DNA from: Octopus vulgaris
Taxonomy: Eukaryota
DNA length: 64,000 bases
Direction: 5' to 3'
Assembly: GCA_951406725.2 (NCBI GenBank)
Contig: OX597827.1
Location: 83,266,001-83,330,000, forward strand
Below, piece by piece: positions 38,111 to 50,806 of the stretch. Below the pieces are notes generated by a model. The model searched no databases. It was not told the DNA's origin and was given only the letters and a program-made list of their open reading frames with translations. Both the position numbers and the translations under genes were made by a program. How positions within the stretch are numbered: the stretch's first letter is position 1; each line of letters begins with the position of its first letter.

Positions 38111-39092
38111 AATGCTGGACTATCCGCCCAAGTAAGCAGGGTTAAATATACATTGAAATAAGGCGAGCCCTGGAGCAGGGCTTCGATATTTATAACCCAT
38201 ATCTATACCTGAGTCTTTCACTCAATTTTTTCCTGTTAAGTCTCCATCTGCTATGTCTTTTGCCTGTCCAATAGCCCTCATCTCTTCACCATTCCATGCC
38301 TAACAACCCTACAACTAATTATTTCATAGCAAACATGTAGCAATCACAAGTGTTTCTCTCCTAAGGGAATACAAAGGATCTATTGATGGATCAGAGGAAC
38401 ATCCTCCTTTACTCCCTCTCTCTCTCATATCACTCCTTTATCAACATTCTTCAGCTTTCCATCACCCATGCTGACCACCACCACCATCCCTTCCACACAG
38501 TTAGCCACCTTTCCTTCTCCCTTGGACCCTCTCTTTTATTGACATCCATCCTACTTTCTTACCGTTCTCCCTCTAGCAAATCTCCGTCCCTATACTTTGC
38601 TATTATGGTTTCTCTTTCATTACTCCTTCTAGCACTGTCTATCCCATTTCCCCCCTCCTCTCTGACACCATCACCTCAACCACTCAATTTCTCCATTCTT
38701 TCTTCCTCTCACCCTAGTTCATCTGCCCCTATTCTGCCCACACTAATGGTCAGCTGCCCCCACTGAGTTACCCTGGAGCAGAGACAATCTTCTGTCCTTC
38801 TGGCTAAAAGGGAACCTTATTAGTGTCAGGGTCATGAAAATCCTTGATTTTTTTTATATCAGGGATCTGACAACCTTTTTAGTGTTGGTTCCATGCTAAT
38901 ATACACCCAATTTACCCAGTAAATAGTTTTTGTTAGAAAGGGCATCTGTGCAAAAATGAAACCTCCATACAAGGCACGGTCAAAGAGCAGACCAAGAAGA
39001 GCAGGTTTGATCCATGACAAAATGTCCAACTCATAGAAAGAAGACAAAGCATAACAACAACGATGATGATGATATATGCAAAGATATATATC

Positions 39093-39470
39093 ATCATCAT
39101 CATCATTTAACATTTGTTTTCTTCCATGCTGGCATGAATAGGACGGTTGAACAAGATCCAGCAAGCAGCAGGACTGCATCAAACTCCATTGTCAGCTTTG
39201 GCAGGATTTCTGCAGCTAGATACCCTTCCTAACATCATCCACTTTACAATGTCTATTGGATGCAATTCTTGTGACACTGGCACCAGTAATGTCACTAGTG
39301 CCAGTGTCACACGTAAGTTACAAGACAAGAAAAGAAAAGGAAATACCTCACTTGACTAAGTAGGAAGAGTATTTGAGAAGAAGGGAAGGTGTCTTTATGC
39401 CAAGTGCTCAGAGGCTAAAGTAGAAGAGAAACAAACACAGTTGTCTACCTTCAGATGATATGCATGGCAA
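39093..39470 (-). mobile_element. RTE 3'-UTR-derived repeat
   Basis: (CAT)nTTAACATT..TTCCATGCTGGCATG..CCCTTCCTAACA. Confidence 0.7.
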
Positions 39471-39677
39471 CCCTGCGTAAGTTTGTACTCACACACACAC
39501 ATTGCTATAATATAATGACACAAAGGGCTAACTGAATCAGTTAGTAGACAAATGACAAATATCCAAAGTCAGTCTCAGTTTAAGTCCAAATAGGATCATA
39601 ATATAACACTACACAAAAAACTGCACATTTGTTTGTATACAAGTACATGTGTGTGTAAGTATTTGCATTTGTGTGTG

Positions 39678-39757
39678 TGTCCGTCCATACATCATCATCA
39701 TCATCATCATCGTTTAACGTCCGTAAAACGATGATGATGATGATGTATGGACGGACA
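39678..39757. repeat. Fold-back hairpin built on an RTE tail end
   Basis: TGTCCGTCCATAC(ATC)nGTTT..AAAC(GAT)nGTATGGACGGACA. Confidence 0.85.
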
Positions 39758-40049
39758 TGTACAAAAGCACACACACTTGTACAGGTATATATAGATACAA
39801 CTGTGAGTTTATACAAATTGATACAATATGAATGTGATGTTGTCTGTTATTTATAAGATTCTTGTTCCATCATTTATTGAGTGTAACCTTTGAAGAAATA
39901 CAAAAATGTACCAAAATAAGTGCAAGGCATCAGCTGATTAATAAAACAAATATCAACTCTGCAAATGTATTGAATAGTTTTGGGAATTATGATCTACTTG
40001 ATCAATGACTGAAATATAACACAAACCACATCTTTAGGAAAAGAGAAAA

Positions 40050-40330
40050 CCTGAATGAAATACAATTTGGCTTTGTGCCAAGATGAGATACCACTGATAC
40101 TATTTTGCTAATGAGGCAACAGCAAAAGAACTTTGCTAGGAGTAAGCCATTCTATTTAGTATTTGATGGCCTGGAGAAAGTGAAGTGTTGGGAAAAGAGA
40201 GGTTATTATCTGTGATGACAGCAAGGATTATCCATGAAGGTCAGGCTGTATGATGCTTATGTGCAAATATAAAAAAGTGTGGTATTGCATGGCTAGTGAG
40301 ATGTGGGTGGTGAATGTGGAAGATACGTTT
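40050..40330 (+). mobile_element. Small RTE RT fragments
   Basis: LNEIQFGFVPR*DTTDTILLMRQQQK followed by a remnant of the SETW region. Confidence 0.65.
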
Positions 40331-42066
40331 CTTGAAAGAGGTTCAACAGAACATTAGGCTTTCGTGAGTTTAGTAGGAGTTCAGGAGTAAAAATGATAAA
40401 TAAGATAATTTTACAGAAATTTATGTTTGAGTCATTTTCAATATTTCTAATTTTATTAAATACACACAGATGATTCTTTCAAGTAGGGAAATCCCAACAC
40501 CTGTACACAGTGAAGAGATTCTACAGACCTCTTGATATGGAATTGGAGGAGAATTTGGTCTAAACCAGGTCTTGATCAAGATAAAAATATTTTAAATGTC
40601 CTTGGCCCCAAATTTTTCAAAAACACTTTTAGAATTTGGTTAATTTTTCATGAAATTTAACTTTATAAAAAGATTAATAAAGATTAATAATAATTTTTAT
40701 GTAGAGATTCCCTGAGACATGGAATAGTATTTCAAGGGTTCTGTAGCAGTGATTCGAAATTGAATCCCTGTATACATAGCCAGACATTTTAAGCAAACCA
40801 CCATAGCTTCATGTGATTAACTGACCAATCAACATGAAGCAATGACATGGGCAGGTTTTTTCAAACATTCAAGATTTGACTTCTGGTCTCCTATAAAACC
40901 GTTTGCCACACATTTTTACTAGTGCGATGACCCAGGAAGGCAGCTAAGACAGATGCTGCAGATAGATGACAGAAACCTCTGTCACCATAAATATAGCACT
41001 ATTGTTTCCAGTTGGACCAAGTCACATGTTATCGTATCAACAGCTTGCCATAAACTCCAAGCAGTATATCTCTCTCAATATGTAATTATTGCTGTTGCTA
41101 TCTGTAAAAGGACAATGCAGTTTGTCTTCATGTTCAATAATAAAATCTGCTGTTAAAAGTTTGTGGGTGTTGTTCAATTCCTTCTACATGCAGCCAAAGA
41201 AACGCATTTGCAGTCACTAATGCACACCAGACCACAAACACTGGTCATAAGAGTTCTCTAAAAGGAAAAAGGTTGGGAAACATTGACTTAATCCACCCCT
41301 ATATGCAGAAAATGTATTATCTTTACATTTTGAAATCTATGTTTTGTAGTTTACTAACTATTTCAAACTATCATCTTGTCTTAAATATAAAATGGATGTG
41401 TGGTTTAGAAGTTTGCTTCACTACCATGTGGGTCTGGGTTCAAATACAGCATTTTTAGAAGTGCCTTCTTCCTGAGCCCTCAGATTGGCCAATAACCCTG
41501 AGAGTAAAATTTGTTAGATAGAAACTATGCAGAACTCTGTCGTGTGTGTGTGGGGGGGGAGAGGGTGTGTGTGTATGTATCAATGTTTGGATGAGGATAG
41601 TAGATTTAAACAGAAATACCTTGTGGTAGTAAAATCACCGAGTTACCTCCCCTTGTGGCTAGACTTAGTATTTCACATGATGAACAAGTACCAAAATAGT
41701 GGAGTTGGTAGGACTGACCAAAACTGCTGAAGGTATTAACTTCACAGGGTTACCATTCTTATTAATAGGGAAATTATTATTATTATTATTATTATTATGC
41801 TTGTGTCCAGTATTAAACATGCTAAACCTTACTAAGTATGTCATCTTTGACTCAAGATTATCTCATGGTTATCAATAATACATGTTCAACAAAAAACATG
41901 AAATCTACCAAAAACAGAACCATTAGAATGAAAATAATTTTGAAAATATATCTATTGATACTTTTCTCAAATTTAGCACACACACACACACACAGGTGAG
42001 ATGGTGATCAACATATATTGTTTTAAAGTGATTAAAAAGACAGATGTAAAAGAAACATAAACCTAC

Positions 42067-42388
42067 CCTGTTGTTTTAGGCTTGATAACATTAAAAAGCA
42101 TCAATGGTTCAGTGCTTGGCACTGTTGTATTCCCTGTCAAAATAGATATAACATGATGACTACCATCTTCTTCCTGCCTACTCTCCTCACGTTTCACAAG
42201 CATTTCGCTCATATCAGTTCGTGAACCACCACTCTCTCCAGAATTTGTAGATATTACATAAGCTTCTCTCTCCAGCTTAACTTTCTTTTGTTGCTGTGGG
42301 AGGTGTCGTGCTGGTGAAGGGAGAGACTGCGGTGGAGCTGGAGGTTTCTGTTGTTGTGGTTGTGTTTGCAGTTGTGTTGCTTGTTGTG

Positions 42389-42427
<39 letters not shown>

Positions 42428-43514
42428 CACAATGTCTGAGGTAGTTTTCTGAAGCGGAGGATAAATGTTCAAAATTGGAATCAATACGAGAAGATGATTT
42501 AGAAATAAAATGTTTAAGTGGATCAACAATTGCACCATTAAATTGGGTGTCCTTACATTTTAGAGTGAGGTCAAATGGTTGTTCCTGCAAGAAGCTGGCA
42601 GCCAGGTGGCGCTGTACAGTCTGGCTACCAGCTGAGGGCTCTTCGGTCAAGCGAGATAGCTTTGGTGTCTGATTGATATATGATGAAAGATAACTCTTAC
42701 GAGTCGCTTGTAAAATCCCTGCACTATTCTTATTAGAAATATTTGAGTCTCTTTTAGTTGAGACACTGTCTGTAGAAGTCAAAGTTTTTGAAGAGTTACC
42801 TCCCTTGCTCACTGCCACTTCAGTGACATCTACAGACGTTGTTGATGTCGCTGCTTGTTCAGAAGGTTCATCTTTATAGCTTGTGATAGTGGTATTGCTA
42901 CCGGATGGTGGAAGGTGATCAACAGCTGATGGCTCTGAGGTAGATTTTGGTGATTTTGCATGGGCAAAAAGACGTCGTAATATCTGGTAGTTGGAAACTG
43001 ATGACTCGTGGATAGAATATTCTGGATGTGTTACTGTTGCTGATTGAGTCTGTTGAGTGAGGACAGCTTCAGATTTCACCTGCTGATGTTCATTATTTGT
43101 TGGACTGTTACTGGGAACAACAGCTGATGAGCTACAACTACTACTACTATTACTACTATTATTGCCATTGCTCCCAGTTAAGTCATTCCGACCACAAGGA
43201 TCAATATCTGGTGCCAAGACATTTGACACTGAACTGTATTCACTTGTATCAGAAGAGCTACCAGTTAACTGTTGTTGCACTAAGCCATCATCACAGACTC
43301 TTTTACTACTACGACTGGCTAAATGATCAAGCTCGCTACTGCTGTCAGCACTGAATGGTTCACACGGCTCATCACTACTAACAGTTTCTGGTTTTCCTGA
43401 GGTAATTTTCTGTTGTATATTAGAGGATTCAGCTTGAAAGCATTTCAGCTCCTCTTTAGTGAGGAACTGCTCAGCTGTAGTTGGACCAGTTTTGGGTTTC
43501 TTTGGAGGTGGCAT
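42067..43514 (-). CDS. First coding exon (~482 aa) of an unidentified low-complexity nuclear protein, probably a transcriptional regulator
   Basis: Only long non-microsatellite ORF in the window. Exon is bounded by an acceptor (polypyrimidine tract + TTTACAG, exon starts 43573) and a donor (ACA GG|GTAGGT at 42067/42066, phase 2). ATG at 43514 has A at -3 and an in-frame upstream TGA. Protein starts MPPPKKPK (NLS-like), is S/T-rich, and contains QPFDLT, LRRLF and polyQ. No downstream exon was identified. Confidence 0.8.
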
Positions 43515-44361
43515 GATGAGCCATGTATGCTGCAATCCAAGTCAGCTGTATTCCACATGAGGTTTCATAATATCTGTAAAAAACAAAAGAAAAAAAAAGA
43601 ATTTAAATAAGGCTGCTAGACACATGTAAAACACAAGAAAGCTAATAAAACCCTGACATCTACAATAAAATAAAGGAACAAATGTGTAGGGGAGAGGGGG
43701 AGGCAGGGAATATAGTCAACTGAATCGGTCCAGTACATGAATGATACAAGAAGCAATAAAGACACAGTATGATTTGAACTCAGAATGGAGAAGATGAAAT
43801 TGAATATTACAAGGCTGTATTGCTCTAATGGTTCTACCATTTGTACATTACACATTACGATATATAAAAATCAAACTGATTGAGGAATATATTTATGCAA
43901 TTAAGAACTTAATTAGCCACACAATGTCAATCATCTCATCTTTTAGTGTGCTTCCTTCTGAGCCTATCAACCAGTATAAATTTAACACACTGTGATTACT
44001 TGACAGTGAGCGTTAGAATGTGGTAGGGATAGTATTGACAGACAATATAGGAGTTGGCCAATATAGGAGATGGCCAAGAGCAGTTGACAACACAGAGGCA
44101 ATGAACAGAGGACAAACAACATTAGAAATCAGTTGCTGGTAAGCAAACATTTTATCTGCTGCTACAACAACACCAAGAACAAAAACTCTCTTCACATTTT
44201 GTTATTCATAGTAATGACACCATTCATTTTTTTGAGTATCAAAAACTCCAGTGTTCTTTTTCATACAAGTGATTTAGATACTGAATAGACTTATATATGT
44301 GACACAGAGAGTAACTTCCTGACTAAATCTAAGGCTTAACTCCTTAACAAGACAAAACGGC

Positions 44362-44570
44362 AGCAGGTGGCAGTATTGTTAGCACATCAGACAAAATGCT
44401 TAGCAGCATCTCTTCCATTTCATTGCAGTCTTAGCTCAAATGCCGCCAAGGTTAACTTTGCCTTTCATCCTTTGGGGTTGTAAAAATAAGAATCAGTTGA
44501 GTGCTGGCATCAATATAATCAATACTTCCTTCCCCTAAAATTTCAGGCCTTGTGCCTCTATTTGAAAAAG
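44362..44570 (+). mobile_element. Family-B SINE
   Basis: GGTGGCAGTATTGTTAGCA..CTTTGCCTTTCATCCTTTGGGG..AAATTTCAGGCCTTGTGCC. Confidence 0.8.
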
Positions 44571-44629
44571 AAAAAAAGAAAACTCTGCCACCTATTTAGA
44601 AGTAAGTTGCAAGGTATAATGGTATAATA

Positions 44630-44915
44630 CACCACTGTAACAACAGTTGTAAAGAGCAGCCTTGGTGTGTGGTAAGAGTCACAGTGTAACATACTACTAT
44701 TACAACAGTCACAGTGTGACATACTACAGTAACAATCACATATTGTAACATACTGTAGTTAAAGCAATAACCTAGCATGAAATGGTGATGTAACGAGTTT
44801 TTACATGTAATACGCAACTGCAACAACAACTGTGTAATATAACATTAGTGTGACACGGCATGATATACTAAAGTACCAAATCACAGAGTAACACGCTACT
44901 GTAACAACTTCTAAC
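44630..44915. repeat. Degenerate ~27-30-bp minisatellite
   Basis: Recurrent CACAGTGTAACATACTAC..TAACAA units. Confidence 0.65.
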
Positions 44916-45258
44916 ATACCCTGTCACTTTGCCACTCAAAAAACTGACACAAAATTTCACATGTTTTACTAATTAGAGGAAGAAGGTCAGTTCCCATTAT
45001 CAAACCATTCCTGAGGTCATGAGATTATTTCATGTTTAAATCAAATATCTATACACAATGACTGCAGGGGAAAAATAAGGAAGGAATTTCAGATTGTGAC
45101 AATTCTAGAGATTATGAATGGGCAATGTGTTTTAGAAGAGAGTCTGGAGTTTGGGGCACTGCCGAGATGCCAAGGTGAAGATCATCAGAAGCATTAGGTG
45201 GAGTTTGACTAAGGTTATACACACTTTGTTAATTCAGAAGAATATCAACCAAATTCTT

Positions 45259-45540
45259 CTTCATCATCATCGTCATTTAATGTTCATGCTCCATGCTGGC
45301 ATGGGTTGGGTCTGATCAGTTCAAAGACTGCATCATGCTCCAGTGTCTGCTTTAGCATGGATTCTATGAATGGATTCCCTTCCTAATGCCAACCACTTCA
45401 CAGTATGAACTGGATGCTTTTTTACATGCCATCAGCAATACTGAGATCACCAGGCAGTTTGCAAGACTATGAACAGTGAGGGGAGGTGCTTTATGCTAGG
45501 GAATGAGGGGTTAAAGTATGATGGAGTGATGGTAGGAGGT
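45259..45540 (-). mobile_element. RTE 3'-UTR-derived repeat
   Basis: (CAT)n..CCATGCTGGCATGGGTTGG..CCCTTCCTAATGCCAACCACTT. Confidence 0.75.
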
Positions 45541-45680
45541 CCTTCCGTTTATAAGGATAATAGATTTGTTCACTAATTCTAACAGGTTTGAGAAAACCCC
45601 TCACAGTGAAAATAATATTAAGTGGGTCATTAACAATGTTTGTAGAGTGTAAAACTACAGTAAATATAACTGAACTAAGG

Positions 45681-45729
<49 letters not shown>

Positions 45730-47090
45730 TGTGTGTGTGTCCAATGAACATATTGCAGGGGTGCAATCTAACAGGGAATTTCTGTTCCAAGATGTGAAAG
45801 ACAGATAAAAACCATAATAAGGCAAGTTAGACTTGGTAAAATGTTTTGTGGATGTGAAATGACCCCACCTCCCTTCCACACACACACACTCCAAATGTTT
45901 CCAAGATTAGGCGGTAAGTGGTGGCCACACATATACAGTAACACAGTGAGAGAGGTCCGGCAATACACACAGAAATAGAACAGTCTAACAGGATATTTTT
46001 AATTCAAAATATGCAATAGAAAGAGTCCTTGACAGGTTCTATCCCAGATGTAACTTTAAAAATTTGCTGTGATCAATGGAAACAATATTGTACTTAATCA
46101 GTGTCTAATGGAAAAGAGCAGTTGCAATTCTGGTGCTGCAGAAGAGGCAGGCTCAGAGAAAGAATGGATGTAATTGTGTGGAAAAAGGATTAGGTAATGC
46201 ATTTAACATTACATCTGAGAATTGTAATAAATAGAGGTAAGGTGTTTAATTGAACTAACATAAGGGTATAATAGTCAGAGATGTAGAGGGTGTGGTAGAA
46301 ATATGAAATAGGCAGGAAAACACTAACTGGTAGAATGTTAATGGCAGGAAACAGCTATCAAATGTAGACTTTTAACAGCTAAAAGAGAGATAGAAAAGGA
46401 GAGATGTACAAGATGAATGAGCTGTATTCTAGAGTAGAATACATTTAGACTTTGTAAAGGTTTTTCAGCAATTCAGAGTTGAAATTTTTCACTTAAAAGA
46501 ATATATAAACTATTCTTTCCATTTTTTTAATGGCTTAGTGAAAGGAAGGACATTCCCACCTCTATCACAAACTTTTACAACGACCCCCAACACTGGTAGG
46601 AGAAAGGAAAAAGTTATTTTCAAACCAGGGACTTGACTTGAATACTTGGACTCCACTAAATATACCAAAGTGGAGTTAAACTGAGTGACAGATAGACTTA
46701 TAGCATGAAGGGTTAATTGGTGATGATCACAGCTAAATATAATTAAACTTTTGCAGAATTGTTGTGGTGTTGCATAGATCATCTCTCACCAGAAGGGCCA
46801 CTATAGTGCTATAGCTTTGAAGCCTTCAGCTGTGTCATATGAAAGTTTCAGAACATTCCTCTTGTTTACAAACAATGTGATGGTACCACAGAGACTATGG
46901 CTGTATTGATCATATGTGTGAATTAATTGAAACAAGCATTCAAAATAATTTATTGATTATAGAAAACTGCTGATGTGATTGGCAGAAGAGACAGTTTCAT
47001 TTCACAAATTTTAAGTTATGTTATTTCTTTCTCCTTCACTCTTTCTTCCATCCCTCCCTTTAATTCAATGCTCTCTCTCTCTCTCTCTCT

Positions 47091-47126
<36 letters not shown>

Positions 47127-47278
47127 TATCCATATTCCTAGACTTTAAAAGAAAGTGTTTGAAACAAACAGAAAAAAATGATGTGACTTGCCCACTTATA
47201 TATAGACATATTGCTTTTCTCTCTCTCTCTTTTCTTTTTCTTCATCTTCTTCAGAACAACAAATAAATAAATATATAA

Positions 47279-47321
<43 letters not shown>

Positions 47322-47489
47322 GTCTGAGCAAGTTGTGAAGTCAAAGATGAAGTAGTCTGACAAATAACGGTCCATAAAATAACAAAATAAAACTGAAGTA
47401 AAATAGCAAATCAATGAGGCATAGAAATCCACCATACATCAACAGAAACATGGTTCATGTTCAATTTGAATTTAGAAAGACAGATGAGA

Positions 47490-47990
47490 TATCATCATCA
47501 TCATAAATATTTAATGTCCATTTTCCATACTGGCATGGGTTATAGGATTTTGCTGGAGTTGGTCAGCTGGAGAGCTGCACCGGGCTTCAGTCTGTTTTGG
47601 CTTGCTTTTTATGGCTTGATGCCCCTCCTAATGCCAACCACTCTACAGACAGTACTGGGTACAGTATACGTGTCACCAGCATGGGTGCCTTTTATGTGTC
47701 ACCTCTACTGACCATGACCACAATTTCATTTAGCTTGACATGTCTTCTCAAGCACAGCAAATCACCAGAAGTCTTGGTCACTTGTGATCACCTCCATGGG
47801 ACTCTTCTACATCTTCCTGGGTCTACATCTTCTGCAGGTCCCCTCCAATGCCTCTTATACCCAATTTTTCTCTTAAAACACTTACACTCTGTCATATGTG
47901 CACAATGACATTGCACATGTTAGCTTCATTTCATTCAAGCCTTCACATATCCTCTGCAGTCACAGCACATGTTTCCCTGCCATGTAGCAT
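47490..47990 (-). mobile_element. RTE 3' end remnant
   Basis: Tail module plus TCTTCTCAAGCACAGCA..CATCTTCCTGGGTCTACATCTTC (reverse complement of the GRPRK region). Confidence 0.75.
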
Positions 47991-48454
47991 GGCTATGTAA
48001 AGGAAATTAAAGTTTTAATCCAAATAATATTCAAAGCAAACAAAAACAAAAAAAACTATTTCAAACTGAACATCATTGAGAAAGAGTGAAAGTAACTGGG
48101 AATGTTTTCCACAAGTTCATACAGGAACAATAATAAAAACTAGAATATGAAGATGAACAGAGAATAATAGAAAATAGAATTTCTCTCACATGTCCAATTG
48201 TGTTCAATGCACATTAAATTAAAGTATCAGGGTTTCTATGGACCCTCTATGGCTTCATCTTGGATATCAACAGGAAAAATACTGGATAAAAACTTTGTAA
48301 AATTTCTGACAAGCACATAGCCATGGTGGAAAGAATTCACTGAAAGTAAAATAGAGACAAACATCATTTCTACAATCACAGGCAGAATCGAATTAAAGTA
48401 TTGTCATAGTAAACATCCAGTGTTGCAAGTTTTAAATTATATCTTACAATTAAC

Positions 48455-48670
48455 TACAGCATGTTACACACCATTCCCATGTGTGTTACACATCATCTAC
48501 CAGTGTTACACATCATTCTTGAGTGTGTCACCATTGTCTACTGTCTTATATAGCATCAACTACAGAGTATTACACATCATCCACAAGTGTTACTTACACA
48601 CCATCTTTGAATGTCTTGCATACCATTTTCCATCCTACACATCAGCCTCCACTGCCTTACACACCATCAT
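48455..48670. repeat. Degenerate ~20-bp minisatellite
   Basis: Recurrent GTGTTACACA(T/C)CAT units. Confidence 0.65.
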
Positions 48671-49194
48671 TTACTCTACTCAGTATTTTCTCCAGTTAGT
48701 TTTATGAAACAGTTCTCACTCAACTGCCAAGATATTAATATATTTATTAATATGAACTACAACTTTAAGGGGCAGCGTAATGGTTTTAAAATGACTGAAT
48801 ATAACTGTCATAATTACTGAAAAATATATGTATAGTGAACACTGTTTTGTGAAGAAATATTTTAGGGTACCAAGTGAAATTATCTTCCAATAAGCAATAA
48901 AATTGTATATTATGAATAACAATCATTTGCTATCAGATAAACTAATTAATATCCAATTTTTCCTGATTGCATGCGTCAGAAGGAATTTACTGAAACATTT
49001 TCTATTGCCAGATGCCCTCACCTGTTTTCAAGCAAGGTAATATTTCCTAAAAGCCAGATGTGTTTTGCATGGAAGGGTGGAAGAAACAAACAGCATCACT
49101 TGTATGACACTGATGCAGGATTACAACCATCACATGATATCAAGACAAAGGTGTGTGTGTGTGTGTGTATACACACACACACACACACACACAC

Positions 49195-49357
49195 TGCAGG
49201 CTTTTTCAGTCTCCATCTACCAAGTCCACTTACATGGTTTTGATGGGCCCAAAGTTATAGTAGAAGACACTTGCCCAAAGTGCCATGTAGTGGGACTGAA
49301 CCTGAGACTATATGGTGAGGAAACAAGCTTCTTAACCACACAGCCACATCTGCACCC
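49195..49357 (-). mobile_element. Family-A SINE 5' half; another decayed 5' half at 41395-41545 (+)
   Basis: TATAGTAGAAGACACTTGCCCAAAGTGCCA..GTGGGACTGAACC..ACCACACAGCCA. Confidence 0.8.
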
Positions 49358-50763
49358 ATAAGACATGGATATTAAAATTTTAAAACATGATTCAAGACAG
49401 ATCAATCACTATGGGACTTTATAATTCAGAAATACAGGTTATTACATATGTGCACCTGAGCTACATAATCATGTATTTCAATATAATTCCAGTAAGTTTT
49501 GCAGATTTAGAAACTTTTGGAGTTTATGAATTTAATGATATAATATTATTAGTGTCTCGTGAAATACTTTTATTGGCTAAGTTTCACTAACTGTAAGTAT
49601 TCTCCTCTATTTATCTTCCAGACCTGTTTCATTACAATCTCTCAAACTTATTTGAAGTCAAGAAAATAAAAACATAGCTAACGCCCATTTGTACATGTTC
49701 TAACGTTCATGCTCATTCATGAATATATGTCCAACCACACTAATTAAGAGAATCTATGAGAGACTAATAGTCACAAATCATTATTTAATCCTGAAAGAAT
49801 ATTTGCAACTTATTAATAGTAAAGTTTTCCTCCATTCAGTTGGACTGAACAAGTTTTAATGTTTGGATTGCCTCAGGTTATAAAATCAGAAAGTCTATTC
49901 ATAAATGCATTCATTCATACAATAATCTTCAACTGATTTCAGGAAAGAAAAGAAAAACTGCACCACACCATTAGAATGAACTATCAGACTACTAACAGCA
50001 TCAACTATCCAGTTGTATGCTGCACTAAATGGTGAATAAAGTCAACCGTAGAAGTTGCACACAACCTGCACGTGTCCATTCAGATTACCTCCCTTAATCC
50101 AGCCCAGTTTATTTATCAGACATAAGGAACGTGTCATAACTTCTTGATTGACATAGCTTGTATAAGATAATATGAAAAACTGTTAAAAGTCATTGTTTAT
50201 TTCATAGCTGTATAAAGGGAAAAGTCTTAACTTCACAATCACTCTTACAATATTATCTATTTCAAATATAGCAAATATACCAAGAGGCAGGTACAGAATT
50301 TTTTTTAAAAATTGGTCACACAGATTTTATTTTTTGCCCTCCTCTTCTGAAAGCTGCAAACAACTGTACTTGTGCAGCCGCATGCGCAGGTGCACATAGC
50401 AAAACTCCAAGTGTAAGTATAGATGCACAAGATGGTAGTTAGAAGTGATCAGACATTAATGAAAACGAAGGAAGTAATATGCCAATGTCTGGTATTTTTA
50501 TTCCAAGGAACAGGTCTAGAAACATCAACAGAAGAAAATAAGTGATTCAACATTTATTTCTACTTTTTCCAACAGATAACAGTGACAACATTAATCTTGA
50601 TTGGTTAAACAACTTTTTATTTTTTATTTTTTGTTCATGTTTCTAGTTTTGTTTTGGTTGTTTTCTGTTTTTTTCACCAGATAAATTCAATTAACATAGA
50701 CGCAGACCAACCAGTTGAAAAGTGGGTTGTGGGAAAGTTCATGAATATAAAGAAATTGCAAAG

Positions 50764-50806
<43 letters not shown>

